DNA of 64,000 nt from Asterias rubens. Its lineage: Eukaryota. Below the pieces are notes generated by a model. That model had not been told where the DNA came from and did no database searches. It saw only the letters and a program-made list of their open reading frames with translations. The translations under genes were made by a program, and so were the position numbers. The stretch lies in NCBI RefSeq assembly GCF_902459465.1, contig NC_047081.1:10230001-10294000 (forward strand), given 5' to 3'. Every line of letters begins with the position of its first letter. The first letter of the stretch is position 1. Of the stretch, positions 1 through 13,000 are shown piece after piece.

Positions 1-3000
1 ACTTTGCCTGAGATGGGTGGGCAAACACGTGCCCCTACCAACGACGTTTGCGCCGTCGTCAGCAGCGACAGCAGCAACGGGTAGATTTAGAATATCAACA
101 TCAGTCATTGCAGCAACTAGCAAAATTGACTTTTCTTCGCACCATGGATTCCTTCCTTCATGTTCATACACATCAATCGTGAGAAGACATTCTTCTTCAT
201 CGACTTTTGTACAAGGAATGAGACATTTACAAAAACTCAAAGAAGATCAAGATGAAGACTTTTGCAGAGAGTCGTGGGCAAGCGGAAGATTTTTAGTTCT
301 GTACGACATGAAACCTGTACTTAAACAATTGGAAGATGGGAAACAGTGGGGAATAGCATGGAGTAATGTAAATGGTATTGGTCAATTTATTTATTGCAAT
401 TTTGGCTAGGGATAACTTTCCGTATGGCGCCACCACTTTTTCACTCATTTTTACAAAAAGGGATATATCAATCAGGTAAATTAGATACTATATTATTTTA
501 TTTCGAATGAAAAAGTGGTGGCGCCATACGGAAACTTTTCCTTGGCTAGATACAGATTTGCGTGAAAACTTACATTTTTAGTTATCTTATTTAATTAAAT
601 CATAATTGATTTGAAGAAGTCAGATTGTTTCATTTCTTCTGTCTTTAATTAAGCTTAGTCACCTCTAGACCCAGTAACTGGGGCACTGTACTGTACTCCT
701 TTTTACTGGGTCTAAGTTACCTCTGTGACCCCAGTCCAAATCCTTCCTAGAGTTGTTTACTTCCATAATTCAGAAACAAATAATATTTCTTTTCTCAGAT
801 CTTTGTGACATTCTTCAAGAGGCTCACCAAAGCACAGTGGAAGAGTCGATTGTCTTAAATTGTATTAGTTCTGACACCAGTGGCCCAGCCAAGTTTGCAT
901 TCAACATTCCTGCCAAGACTGATCCAGAGCATAAGAGGGAAATTGAAGAAGCCTTGGGAGGCTTTGCAGTCAGTGAAAGAAAAGCGTTCTTTGTTGTATC
1001 GAGGGAAGATGCTCGGGTTTTATCTCAGGTACTCTGTCAATCCTAATAATTTTTTTGTTTGTTTCATTGTTATTTGATTCTACGGAGCCAGAAGAGATAA
1101 TTCATAATAAAGTTTCCTTCCCTCAAAATTGTACACTTTTCAGGGAATGAACTGTTCTTTTTAGGAAACAAAATGAGGTAACAAAATCTCAATCAATCAT
1201 TAAAAAGCAACTTGATGGATGTTAAAAAAAACTATAAATAAATAGTCAACTTGCAGGTACAACCATGTGCAAATCTCTTTTGTGTGAGTGTTGGCTCTGA
1301 GAATATTTACACATGGTTCTTGCAATTTTTACATATTCTATGGATGTCTTCAAACACTACCTGATGGTTGTGGGGTTTTTTTTTGCAGTGTTTCGCACTT
1401 CTTCAATGGCATTCCAAGAATGGGTTTTGCTCCAACTGTGGCAGTAAGACGAACAAAGACCCCCCTGGTGCAAAGAGGGTGTGTCCAAATTGTGAAGTCA
1501 TTCACTACCCAGCAGTAAGTAAACAAATCTTGAAGACAGGTTCATGTTCAATTTTATGATGCACTCAATTACCAACATAGATACATGTAGATGACAATGT
1601 GGATAACAAGTCTTTAACCTCACAATGAAGTGATATAAAGTAAAATTGTAATTTTTTTTTTCATTCAGAATGAAATGTGATTCATGGAGTCATTGAATGT
1701 CAACAATTTACAGGTACCTTTTGTCAAAAGGTCAAATTCAATGTAGTTTTGATTTCAATGTCAGGAAAATTCACGATAAACTAAAATGTTTTGTTCATTA
1801 GCCGAAGCTGAGGATCTTGGCTTGGGTGCTCGACTGGTACTACTCCCCCTTTTCATGTTTTTTAATCTTCTGTGTTTTTAACTTCTTGTGTTCTAGTGTT
1901 TTTATTGTTTGCTTTGTTGTTTTTTCCCCACTGTTCATTGGGAAAGTTGCTTTGTTTTTTTTGTAAAGCACTTTGAGGCTCTACGTAAGGTGCTTTATAA
2001 ATCCTTTTTATTGGCTTGGTTCAGGTGTAGATTTAAAAAATTATAACATTTTGTGTTTTCTTTTCTTGGTTTGCTTTAAAGGTGAGCCCAGTTGCTATAG
2101 TACTAGTAACCAACGGAGATAGATGTCTCGTTGTACGACAGAAGAAGTTTCCACCGGCCATGTATAGCGCCATCGCAGGATTCTGTGAGCCAGGTAAGTG
2201 CTGATGTAACGCCTAATATTATTTTGAGTTTTGTCCCGATTTTAGGATTTTTCATGTAGGCCCCTTCACCTTCAAGTTTTATTGAAAAGGAAAGGTGAAG
2301 AACCAAGACAAACCTTTTCCTTGTTGTGATCAAACATTTGCCTCCGATTTCACTTTGTGGGTAATTTCTCTAGGAAGCAATTTGAGAATGTCTGCAGGGG
2401 CCTGATAATAATTCTAATATAATATAGCGCATTTCCAAAAAAATTATCAATGCGCTTTACATACAAAAACAATAGCAATTATAATGCACTAGAATAAATA
2501 AGTTTTGAGGTTGCGTTTGAAAGCAAAAACAGTTGGAGAGGATCTTATGGTACGAGTGATAAATCGCTGTAGTGATGACCACTATACTTTGGATTTTAGG
2601 GTGTTTGTGAAATGGTTCTACTAGCCTTACAAACAGAGCTTTCTTACATTTTTGCCAAAATACTTTGACAAAGTGTTAATTTAGTAACTATAGCCTTAGG
2701 GGCTACTATACAAAAAGCTTGTGCAAATAACCTGACATGAATCCTGCGTATTAATTCTTCCTTTTTATTTAATCAGGAGAGGCATTGGAAGCAACCGTTA
2801 GACGAGAAATTGCAGAGGAAGTCGGCCTGGAGGTTGAGGACGTTACTTTCTTCTCCTCTCAGCCATGGGCCTTCCCATCCAGTACACTGATGTTAGGATG
2901 CCACGCCCATGTCAAGCAAGGAACGGCAGATGAAGTGGGTTTAATAACGGACATTATCTTTTTCGATTAGTAGAGATGAATACTAAGCCAATGGGCTGGG

Positions 3001-3729
3001 GAGGTCTCTATTTTAAAGAGATTCTTAAGCAGAAAATATTACTTAACAGAGCAATATCTTTTGTCTAGAAAATATTGCTCAACAATTTTCTTCTAAGCAG
3101 AAATGAGCGGGATACCAGTCACAGAGTGTGCATTTGACATAGTAGTTTGGCTTGTAACCTTATTCTTGCCTACGTTTGACAAAAGCACATTTTTCTGTAG
3201 GTTTTTCATCTACCATGTTGTAAGCTACACATTGCTGAAACTGGTAAGCAGAGCCATGACATTGGAGCATAAAGTGTTGCAAATGTTTAAAATAATGCGG
3301 TTCACCTAATGGCATGTGCATGATATCATCAAGTCAGTGCAACAATGTTGATTTTGCAAACGTCATATGTCAGCATGTTTTTCTTTTGCGTGTACAACCA
3401 GGTTATTAAAGGGACATAAAATGCTTCAACAATTTCAAATTGTGTACAATTCAAATGCTATTTTAGGAGATACAATGGTTTTACACTGTCATTATGATAT
3501 AGGGCTGCTGGGATTTATATTAGCATTTCCTTATGTACGTTTCTCTGGTTACTGTGTTGTACAGGTAAATCTTGATGAGGCAGAACTTGAAGGATCAAGA
3601 TGGCTCCATCGAGATGAAGTCAAAGCAATTCTTAAAGAGAATACTCCAGGGCGAGGTGATGGAGTATGGTTCCCTCCATCCAGAGCTATAGCACACCATC
3701 TTCTAAAAAGTTGGGCATCTCAACAATAA
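1..3729 (+). CDS. NUDT13: NAD(P)H pyrophosphatase NUDT13 (NudC-like Nudix hydrolase), 5'-truncated. Exons <1-374, 799-1028, 1389-1514, 2082-2193, 2777-2934, 3565-3729
   Basis: Frame is open from position 2. The N-terminus is Ser/Arg-rich like a mitochondrial presequence and is followed by RHLQKLKED (human RYLFELKED). Contains a CSNC..CPNC zinc ribbon, YSAIAGFCEPGE, the Nudix box GEALEATVRREIAEEVGL and the SQPWAFPSS NADH-pyrophosphatase signature. All introns are GT-AG and phases close. Confidence 0.92.
410..541. mobile_element. 132-bp MITE (family R2) with ~34-bp TIRs and 8-bp TSD
   Basis: TIR GGA(T/A)AA(C/G)TTTCCGTATGGCGCCACCACTTTTTCA. TSD TTGGCTAG at 402-409 and 542-549. Confidence 0.9.
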
Positions 3730-4181
3730 AAAGGATGTGTCTCAAAGGTTCCCCATCGACCCAGTTTCATAGAGCTGCTTAAAGGGACACGATGCCTTGG
3801 ATTGGACAAGATGATTTATGTAACGCATTTTGAAACCGTTTGTTATAATATGCAATGGTTCAAAGATGTTTTAAAAGTAGAATTTAAGGATCCACACAAA
3901 TATGACCCCAACTTTTTAAAACATGGAGGAGAAGGATTTCATGACATAATTTGCAACTGGTATAAAGTTTTTTGTGAGTATTTGGCAATAAATGTCAGGG
4001 AAATTAATATTTTTATTTAAAAAATGTTATCACAAGATTATAAAAGGACAATTTAAAAGAACATAATAAAAAAAGTCAATAAACAAGTTCTTGTTGGTAA
4101 ATTTGCATTTTTTTTGCACCATATACAACCCACCAGCTCTGTGTTGGATTCACTCTATGGACATTCCTTTGTTCTGTGCAC

Positions 4182-4471
4182 TTAAAGGCAGTGGACACTA
4201 TTGGTAATTATTCAAAATAATTATCGGCATTAAACCTTACTTGGTAACGAGTAATGGGGAGAGGTTGATAGTATAAAACATTTTGAGAAACGGCTCCCTC
4301 TGAAGTGCCATAGTTTTCGTGTGACGGGTGTTTTTTCTTTCATTATTATCTCGCAAGTTCGATGACCGATTGAGCTAAAATTTTCACAGGTTTGTTATTT
4401 TATGCATATGTTGAGATACACCAACTGTGAAGGCTAGTCTTTGACAATTACCAAGTCTCCACTGCCTTTAA
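4182..4471 (+). mobile_element. TTAA-flanked MITE (family R1, Kolobok-type)
   Basis: ttaa-AGGCAGTGGACACTATTGGTAATT...AATTACCAA..TCCACTGCCT-ttaa. TTAA TSD with RR..YY termini is the Kolobok pattern. Confidence 0.8.
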
Positions 4472-7400
4472 GGAAAATACTTCAGGACATAAGTAAGTCC
4501 ACACAGTGTTTCATTATCTGGACCTCCCTTGTTCTCTGGTCCACACTTCAAACCTAGCACTAAAGCAGGCAGTCGATTGGTTTCAAATGCTTGCAGACCT
4601 TAAACTTCAAGGGAGCAATGAAGGCTATTGCCTCCATGCCCACTGGTCATTGCCTTGGTGCCCTTGAAATGCTATGTAGAAATTTATTTTCCTCATAGGG
4701 TAGGATGCCCTTCATCAAGGAGTAAATGCTTTGGTGCCCTTTCAAAAAAGAAGAATCCATGCCTGTGGTTGGTCAACTCGTTGGAAAACAAAAGTAATAG
4801 AAATACACCATGCCATTTATTTTCTTTTTGTAACATTTATTGTGTCCACTCCTGAGATTTAGCCCCAAGTTTTAAAACAAAAAGATACCATCGCCTTCTG
4901 ACATCAAAACAAAACAAAGAAAGTTTAACCCATGCTGTTTTATGAAGGTGTTAACAATCCAAACACCTGTTACCTTATTTAAAAAAAAAAAAAATAATAA
5001 TAAATAAACAAATAAATTAAAATTCATCTTAAGTAGACACCCGGCAACAAATTAGATGTTAGAAAAATGTCACCACAGATCATTCAGGCAAAATTGTTTT
5101 TTTAAAGGAAATACATTCCCTATCAAAAAGAAATCTTGACTTTTGCACGTCGGATTTGACATGAAATGTGTCTTTTCTTTACCCATGAATTTACAGTTTT
5201 CTTTACATTTAAAAAAATTGCACCATATTCCTCTTTGATTTAAAGGCAGAGTAATCCTCCGCAAGTTGACATCGATATTTTTTATCAAAATCATCTTTTT
5301 ATCTTTATGTACAGCCAACCGATAAACAGGTCAGCTTGTTTTAGTTTTTGTTTTTCCTTTCAAATTCTGTCATCTTATAAGAGAAATCCATTATCCGTCT
5401 CGTCAACAGCCTGGGGCGAAATGACAAAGGCAGGCACAGCCTCGGCCCATACCATTTTGCCGCAAGGGGTTGACAAGGCAAAACATCAAGAGAGAGGGGC
5501 AGATATTTTGACTAATATTTATCAGTCTCAAATACTTTACTTTGACTTCTGGCGACCTAAAGTATCTTTCTCTGACATTTAACCAAAAAAAATGTTGTTT
5601 TTTTAAGAACGTATTTACAAGTTTAAGGGGACAAATTCCATACTGGGAATGTAAGTGACACATGAAATCAAGAGAGGAAAATAAGCTGACATAAAGTTGC
5701 CTATGGTCAGTACACATTTGGTCATTTCCCAACATTGCACAAGTCAAAAGTGTGATAAGTATTAGTTTTCATTCAGTAGCTTGGGACTACTACATGAGCA
5801 TCTATTATATATTCACAAGAAAAATATTCTTCTATATAATGACAAGAAAAATATTTGTTTACCCCCCAATGAAAAATGAGACACACTCCTCAACTCTGTT
5901 AAAACCTCCTTAATACTTTAAACTAATTTAAATGAATTCCCAGTAGTTGGTTATCTTTGCATTGCTCAGTGTTGTTAAGGAGATGGAGGTGAACGTACCA
6001 AAACTAAGACAATTATAAAAAAAAGTGTTAACATTTTCCTGACCGTTCAAATCATTTGTGCAATTCTAGGCACTAGAATTCTAGGCACTGTTCACCTAGG
6101 AAAAAAACAAACAAATGAAACTTGGGAGTAGTATTGTTTGAAACTTAACTACTGGAGAGGAACAAAGAACGATCTGGGAGGGGGAAGTGGGAGGAGGGGC
6201 ACTAAAATACCTGCCTCTCTCTGTCAGTTTTAACATAAAACTTTGTGAAGATATGACACATATTTACAAGTGAAAGGATTCTTCTAAAGCATTTGACAGA
6301 ATCTGAGGTCTGAATTACCAGAACAGCATGGGTATTTGTTCTGAAATTCAAAAGGCGTTGGCAGTGTTTCATAAAATTTCCACAATTACTTAATATCACT
6401 TTAAAGTTCATTTTTCCCCGACAGATAAACAAAGCAGTTTTTTGTACAAAAAAAGGAAACAAAAAATGTAATTTTTAGCAAATCAAGTGCAAAACGTATT
6501 AAAATATTAATTATATTTTGCTTCACAATTGTGACAAAGATATTTTTAAAAAATTCCTAAATTTGCTACAATGAAAAATTGGGAGTGTTCCATTTGATGC
6601 TACAAAAAGGAAGGTGGGATTACACAAGCTAGTTTGTACAAAAAGAGTTTAGTAATTACTGATCCCACCTATAATCAAATGGAACAACCCTAATTTTACA
6701 TTATAATACTGTAATAAGAACTATCCACTCATCCCTTGAGGGGGGATTTATAACAAGCTACACACACCTACAAAACTAAATCAAAAGGACACTAGTTTAT
6801 AAATAAAAAAGGTTTGCTTTAAAAAGATGCCCGTACACATCGGCAAGACAAAACTGAATAAGCCATGATTCATTTTCAATGTTTGTATTTTAGCGTTGAA
6901 CTTAACCTAACCAGTTTTGGGGGGAAAAAAATATTCACAAAAACACACTTTATGGTTCACTTCATTGAGTTTTGAAATTGCATTTGAATAAAGTTTTTAA
7001 TTTATTTTAAATTTAGATTCAATTTAATATTCACACAAAATTGGCCGTTTCATTTTATCTTGGTATTTTGAGGTGCGTCAATTTGAATTTCTAACTGTTT
7101 TGTTTCGTCCAACATATTTTTTTTCTGACCAATATTTCCTTCAATAATTTGAATAAAATACCGAGTTCACTTCTGGCTTTTTGCGAAACAGAAAAAGTTT
7201 GCATTTTAAATGTATTGCACCCAGCTGTTACTTTCTCTCCAATTCCCCTTCAAATAAATCCTGTAAACTTGACCAACTCTGAAAGTCTGATTTGAACATG
7301 TTTCTCAGATCACTGTAGGTCAGACACAAGGTCAACACAGGGTCAACAAAAGGTCAAACTATATAAACACAGGTCAAAATAACAACAACGACATTTCGAT

Positions 7401-8863
7401 TTTAGTAAGTAGTATAACACATAACTGTGTGACAAAACATGGCTAAGCATCAATGACCATCAAACAAAACGATTGCGTTCACAGAATGGAACACTTTTGC
7501 ACAACCCCAACCCTCTTACAAGTGTTCCTGTTCTTATTACCTAGTTTTAACCCCTATAAATTAGACTGTGTGTCAGGGGCCATGATCTTGATACCATTGC
7601 TGATTAGAGTCAGCCACTTTCCAGTGATTTTGTCACACCATGTTACAAATTTTGGTCCCATGAACGAACATTCAAGACAAAATACTGGGGAAAAAAAAAA
7701 AGGTTTTGCTTTTGCTTATTAATACCGTCATTATGATAAAAAATGAAGGGGCATTTGGAATTGCTTTAATATAAAACAATCACTGCTCATTCTGAGAACA
7801 ATAGGTCACTGACCTGGAATGACATGGTGGCCACAGAGGTCATGGCCTCTATTGCCTCGATCTTGGCCTTGGTGCCCCTTCAAAAAAATTCCCATAGACT
7901 TTCCAATGTCAAACTTTTGTCCAATGGAAGTGCCCCTTCCAAAGTGAAGATGAACTTGCACACTTGACAGTTGCCAAACAAAATTTTAAAATTCAAGCCA
8001 ACTACAAAGTTATCCCCAAATTTATGACAGATAGAAAGCATCAGTCAGCCAAAGAAGGGGAGGGAAAACATACATTCTATACACAGTTTAAACTACAGGT
8101 AAAAAAAAACAAAGAAAAAAAAACAGGAAAATGAATGATTTAACGTCACTGGACAATTATTCAAATTATTACACATTCAGTTAATTGTGGCTGTTGCCCA
8201 AAAAATCTATTACATAGAAAACCACATTGAGTGCCAAAATTGGTGCTCCTATCAACATTCATAATTTAATCAAGAAGCACTTTTTAAAAGTGAGAGGACA
8301 TTTTTGCCATTGCTATTTCGAGAAGAAATATAAGAGCAAGTCAAAACCCTGCAAAATGTTGATCCCTTAATGGTGACTTCACAAATCTCAAAACAAAAAA
8401 GGGTCCCCCAAAAGATTTTCTTTGGGGAGAGAGAAATAAAAGAAACCCAAGCTCACAAAAAGGCAATCGCTTACAAATCCCCCTTTTTTTGTTAGTTTTT
8501 CCCTTCTAATTAATTTTTGTCTGAAACGGTTGGAAAACATATTTTACATTTTGTATAATGTGTTACAAAAAGCTTGTGTCATTATTTTGAATTTCCTTGG
8601 TACATAATAAACCAATTTCTGTACACAATTCGACCATCATACATGTACAATATTATATCCATTCTAATAATTATTCAACAGTGGTAGCATAAGACCAACA
8701 ATTATAACAGAAACATCCCACTCGTTAGTTGTATTATAAAAAAAAGAAAAATCATAAAAGCTTTTCACTTTTGTGGTTGCTGCAAAGTTTCTTTAAAAAA
8801 GAATCTTGAAAATGCAAAAATTAGATTTTCTGCCTCACTATTTGTTCACTAACCTTCACAAGG

Positions 8864-8941
8864 CTATGACCTTTGACTATGACCTTTGACTATGACCTTT
8901 GACTATGACCTTTGTCTATGACATTTGACGTTGACCTTTGA
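8864..8941. repeat. 13-bp minisatellite (CTATGACCTTTGA) x6
   Basis: Six consecutive units; the last three carry substitutions. Confidence 0.92.
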
Positions 8942-10048
8942 ACAAGATGATGTTTAATTCAAAATTGGTTTTACAACATCTGGGCTCAGTTTCATAGAGC
9001 TGCTTAACAACAAAAAGTAGCTTTGGCTAACAGTTTTTTTATCCAGCTCCAGTAAATCAGATTTGTCCAACTCAAAAACATTTGCAGGATTCAAACAGCT
9101 GTGGTGTTTCCATCAACTAAGTAAACACAATTATTTGTACAAGATAATTACGCCAACAAACAAGAGGATGGAAAAAAACTACTTGCCAGAATGGTGTAAA
9201 TCACGAATTTGCATAAAAAATATATTGACAACTTAAAAAAAAACTGTTTCTACAAAGAATGAAACCATGTAAGCAAAATAACGACCACTTGTGTAGCAAG
9301 GCACAATCAACTAAACAATGAAAAGTTCGTTGAAAACGAAAAGAATGCAAAATTTGAGACTCGATCATTCCAACCAGACCAAAAACCCACACAAAGTACT
9401 GATCCACTAAACACGTACCTAAAACGATAAACAGGTTGTAAAACACATCACACAGAGCACACATAATATCGTTAGTTTCCCGCCGCTTATCTTTAAATTC
9501 AGAGACCACGAAAATTCCGAAAATCAAAACAAACATATGTAAAAAAAAACTAGAAACTACGTGCTATTTGATGACAATCTTCCACGACCAAAGCATGAAT
9601 GCCTGTGAGTCCACAGTACAAGTTATTTTGGTGAATATTTCCCAGATTCAGAATTTCTGAAATATTTTGAATCCCATAACTCTGCCAAAAGTCTCAAATC
9701 ACCACCACTCCAAAAAAACATTGCTTTTCAAAACCGACACAAGGACTTAACAAATGCATGTTTCTAAAAAGACCACTGAATGAACTACTTAACACTCAGG
9801 AAGAGAAGACATGACGATTTTAAATAAAGTTAACTATTACAAACATCAGTTGTTGTTTTTTTAATCGACCCCCCCCAGCCACATTTCTTAAAATATTCTT
9901 ATTTTTACAGCCTGTACAAGTACAAATTGGATAATACACCTAAAAAGTTTGGGGGGAGGGCGGGGTTTGTCCAGCCTTCTGAAAATGGCCCGACGACAAA
10001 AAAAGTATTATTCACAGTGCCCTTGGTTGGAGAGAGAAAAACTCACTA

Positions 10049-13000
10049 CTACCGTCTGATCAAGTAGTTTCCTCCCCCTCCGCCTCCCCCGCTGCTGCTG
10101 TTGGTGTTGGCGTTGGTGCTGTTGGTGGTACCTGGGGTAGTGTAAGGCATCTCAAACTCAGTCAGTAAGGAGAAGTGATCAGAAGGGACGCTGGTGTGCG
10201 GGCAACCGACAATTTTCGACTGTGGATTTGGAGAGTGAGAAACAAATAAATAAGAAGTTAGTTTGTAGCTGCCGAGAATCTTCAAAGGAGTACATCGTCA
10301 TCAAGGTGCACCAAGGACTTCCGATTCATCTTGAGATGAGTTTTCAATATTGCCGTTGTGATTTGTATCGTGACACCACACTTTGCTTAGCAATTAAAAG
10401 TGATTCGCACTTACTATCAATCTAATGTCTTTGAGCCGATTTCTTTTTCTCCTGAAATGGCGTTTACTTGAGATGTCAAAGTGTCAAAGTATTGTATCTC
10501 TTGCCTAAAATAACCCGGATGCAGACAATAAGTATGTGACTTGAAATCAAGCACCATCCTTTTTTTCTCTAAATGAAAAAATTAAAACCCTAGCATACCT
10601 GATCTAACCAATCTTGCTCCACGGGACCCAACACTCCCAGCGTCGACATGAAATTCCTCGAAGTGAAGATGTAATCGATCACCCCCTTGAAGTCATAGGT
10701 GTAGTTGGTGTACTGTACCGCCTGGTTGTGGTAAGCCCCCTGCAGCGAGAAGGAGTGAGTAATATGTCCGTTCTGCTCCGTATTGCTGGAGAAGTTGCGC
10801 AGGACCTTGTAGTGGATGTCCTTGAAGTCCTCGTGGTGGACGGAGACCTTGCCATGCTCCAGGTACTCGATCACGCCTACAGCCCAGAATCAAAAAGTAT
10901 TTGTCAACTGAAGCATGAGCCAAGCAACCTTCTCATCCACATGAATACATCATCCATGTCGTGCAGGGATGAGATTCAATTCAATTCAATTCAACATTTA
11001 TTTCATACTACTCTTCTCAACACATAACATATACAAAATATCACATAGATAAGCAAAATAATAAGCACAGAGACGAGAGGGAAAATAGTTAATCCATGTA
11101 AACCAAACATAAAGGGAGTAAAAGGCTAACACCTCCAAAAGAAGGTCTCTGAGCGCTCAGGGGAGGGGTCTACTTACCCCCAACCCTCCTCACCACCACC
11201 ACCCCTCCTCACTCACCTGAGTCTGGTAATGAATTCAGATCTCCACACAGTACGAGAGGAATGGGCGTGTTCTCTGGGGTGCGCGAGACTCCGCTGCCAC
11301 CACCGGGTCTAAAACTGATGGACTCCTCGTCGACGATCTTCTTCAGCTCGTTCATGAACATGATGGTCTGGATCAGCTTGACGTCACTGTACTCTGGATC
11401 CCAGTGGATGTGAACATTGGCCACTAGCATCAGCTGCCGAGTGTTGTCTGGTACAGGTACTGCGGAAGGTAAGATTTGTATACTTACATTATTAGTCCTC
11501 TCACAGTTTGACCATTTAATATTATCCATTTGGTTTTGAATGTTAGGTGCACTATCCTGTTTGTAGGTCATTGCGCCGCACATACCTGCGTATCTGCCGC
11601 ATGGCCAAAGTTTTCCAAAGCTACTTCCAGCCCACAAAACCGACATATATTGTGAAATTTTACCAAAAATATTGTTAGCAAATCCTACCTTTATGAAGAG
11701 CAATCAGCCTCTCCCGTTTTTTTTTAAGTTGTACTTTTTCTTTATATTTGCCCCATTGGGCATTATTATTTATTCTTGATATTTACCTTGTGGCCATTAT
11801 TACTACATGTAGTTGTTTATATTTGCCCCATGGGGCATTATTACTTTTTCTTTGTAATTGCCCCATGGGGCATTACTACTTGTTCCTGATAATGCCCCAT
11901 TGGGCATTATTTCTCACCTGTGCCCTCGTAGCATCCTGGTCTCGTCTCCAGTAACACCGCCAGCCCAATGTTGTCCTTGGGCATGACTCTGTTGAGCATG
12001 TCTTCATTGCCGTCAGCGTTGGCAAGGGCAAGTTGGTTGAACTCCACAAGGTGTTCCTTCACCAAAGCAAACCTGAATTTGGGAGATTGTTTGTGAGCAA
12101 CCTTAAAAGTGTGTCCGAGGTGAGTCAAGACTCAACCTCATTATTAAAGGCTTGGGGCCATTCAGAAGAGTGAATGTTGACAATTTTTAATTTTTTTTTA
12201 AAATTGATCCACCGATCCACCCCAAAATTTGATTTGGATATATTGAATGGCTTCATAATATAATCTACATAATACACTGCAGAACAAAGAAATGCCTCAA
12301 AACGAACCAGATATTCTAGGTCAAAGGTCTGCAACATCAGTTGTTTTCAGTGGCCTTTCCTGGCTTAAACAAACAACTTTGTATCTAAGTCAGAAATGAT
12401 GACAATCTTGCCAGCTTGGTCAGCTGGGTACTTTGTCTTCTTGTCCATTTGTCAAACAATAGATTTTTTGGGTGGTCAACGTTAAAACGAAACATATTTC
12501 CGATGTTGCTTTATAGTAACAATCCAAAGGGGAACGTTATCTTTACTCACTTATTCACTCTGAAGAAGATGGCACAGCCGTCCACGTACTTCCTCTCATG
12601 TTCCGACATCGTCTTGGCCCTCGACTTGGGGCTGAACACCCCCTCGTACCCGTGCTGTTTTAAAGTTGGGTAGAAGAATGTGAAGAACTGGTCTGTCTCC
12701 ACCTCCTGCAAGCAGATGATGTCTGCGTTTGCGTGCAGTATCTCGTCCATGATCCCTTTCCTCCGGTACTCCCAAGCGAGCGCCCACGTCGGACAGTAGC
12801 CGTAAAGCTGTTTGGTGGCATATTTCTCGCAGAGAACGTTGTAGCTCATTACTGAAAATATTGCTGCGTAATGAAATGAGGGAAAACAATAAACAAATGG
12901 AAGTAAACATCAACCAAAGTTGCAGGTCCTCCAAACATTTTGTACCTTCTCCAACTCTTCTACTGTCTGACCTTTCAATGGCATCCACTATGGTATTGAA

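Noticed and set aside
4820-10048. Pumilio elements (5612, 6260) suggesting CNOT6 autoregulation through a long 3' UTR
   Set aside because: About one such 8-mer is expected by chance in 5 kb of AT-rich DNA, and the UTR extent is unverified.
10614-12988. Plus-strand ORFs 10614-11027, 12416-12673 and 12596-12988
   Set aside because: Antisense shadows of CNOT6 exons with no independent coding signal.
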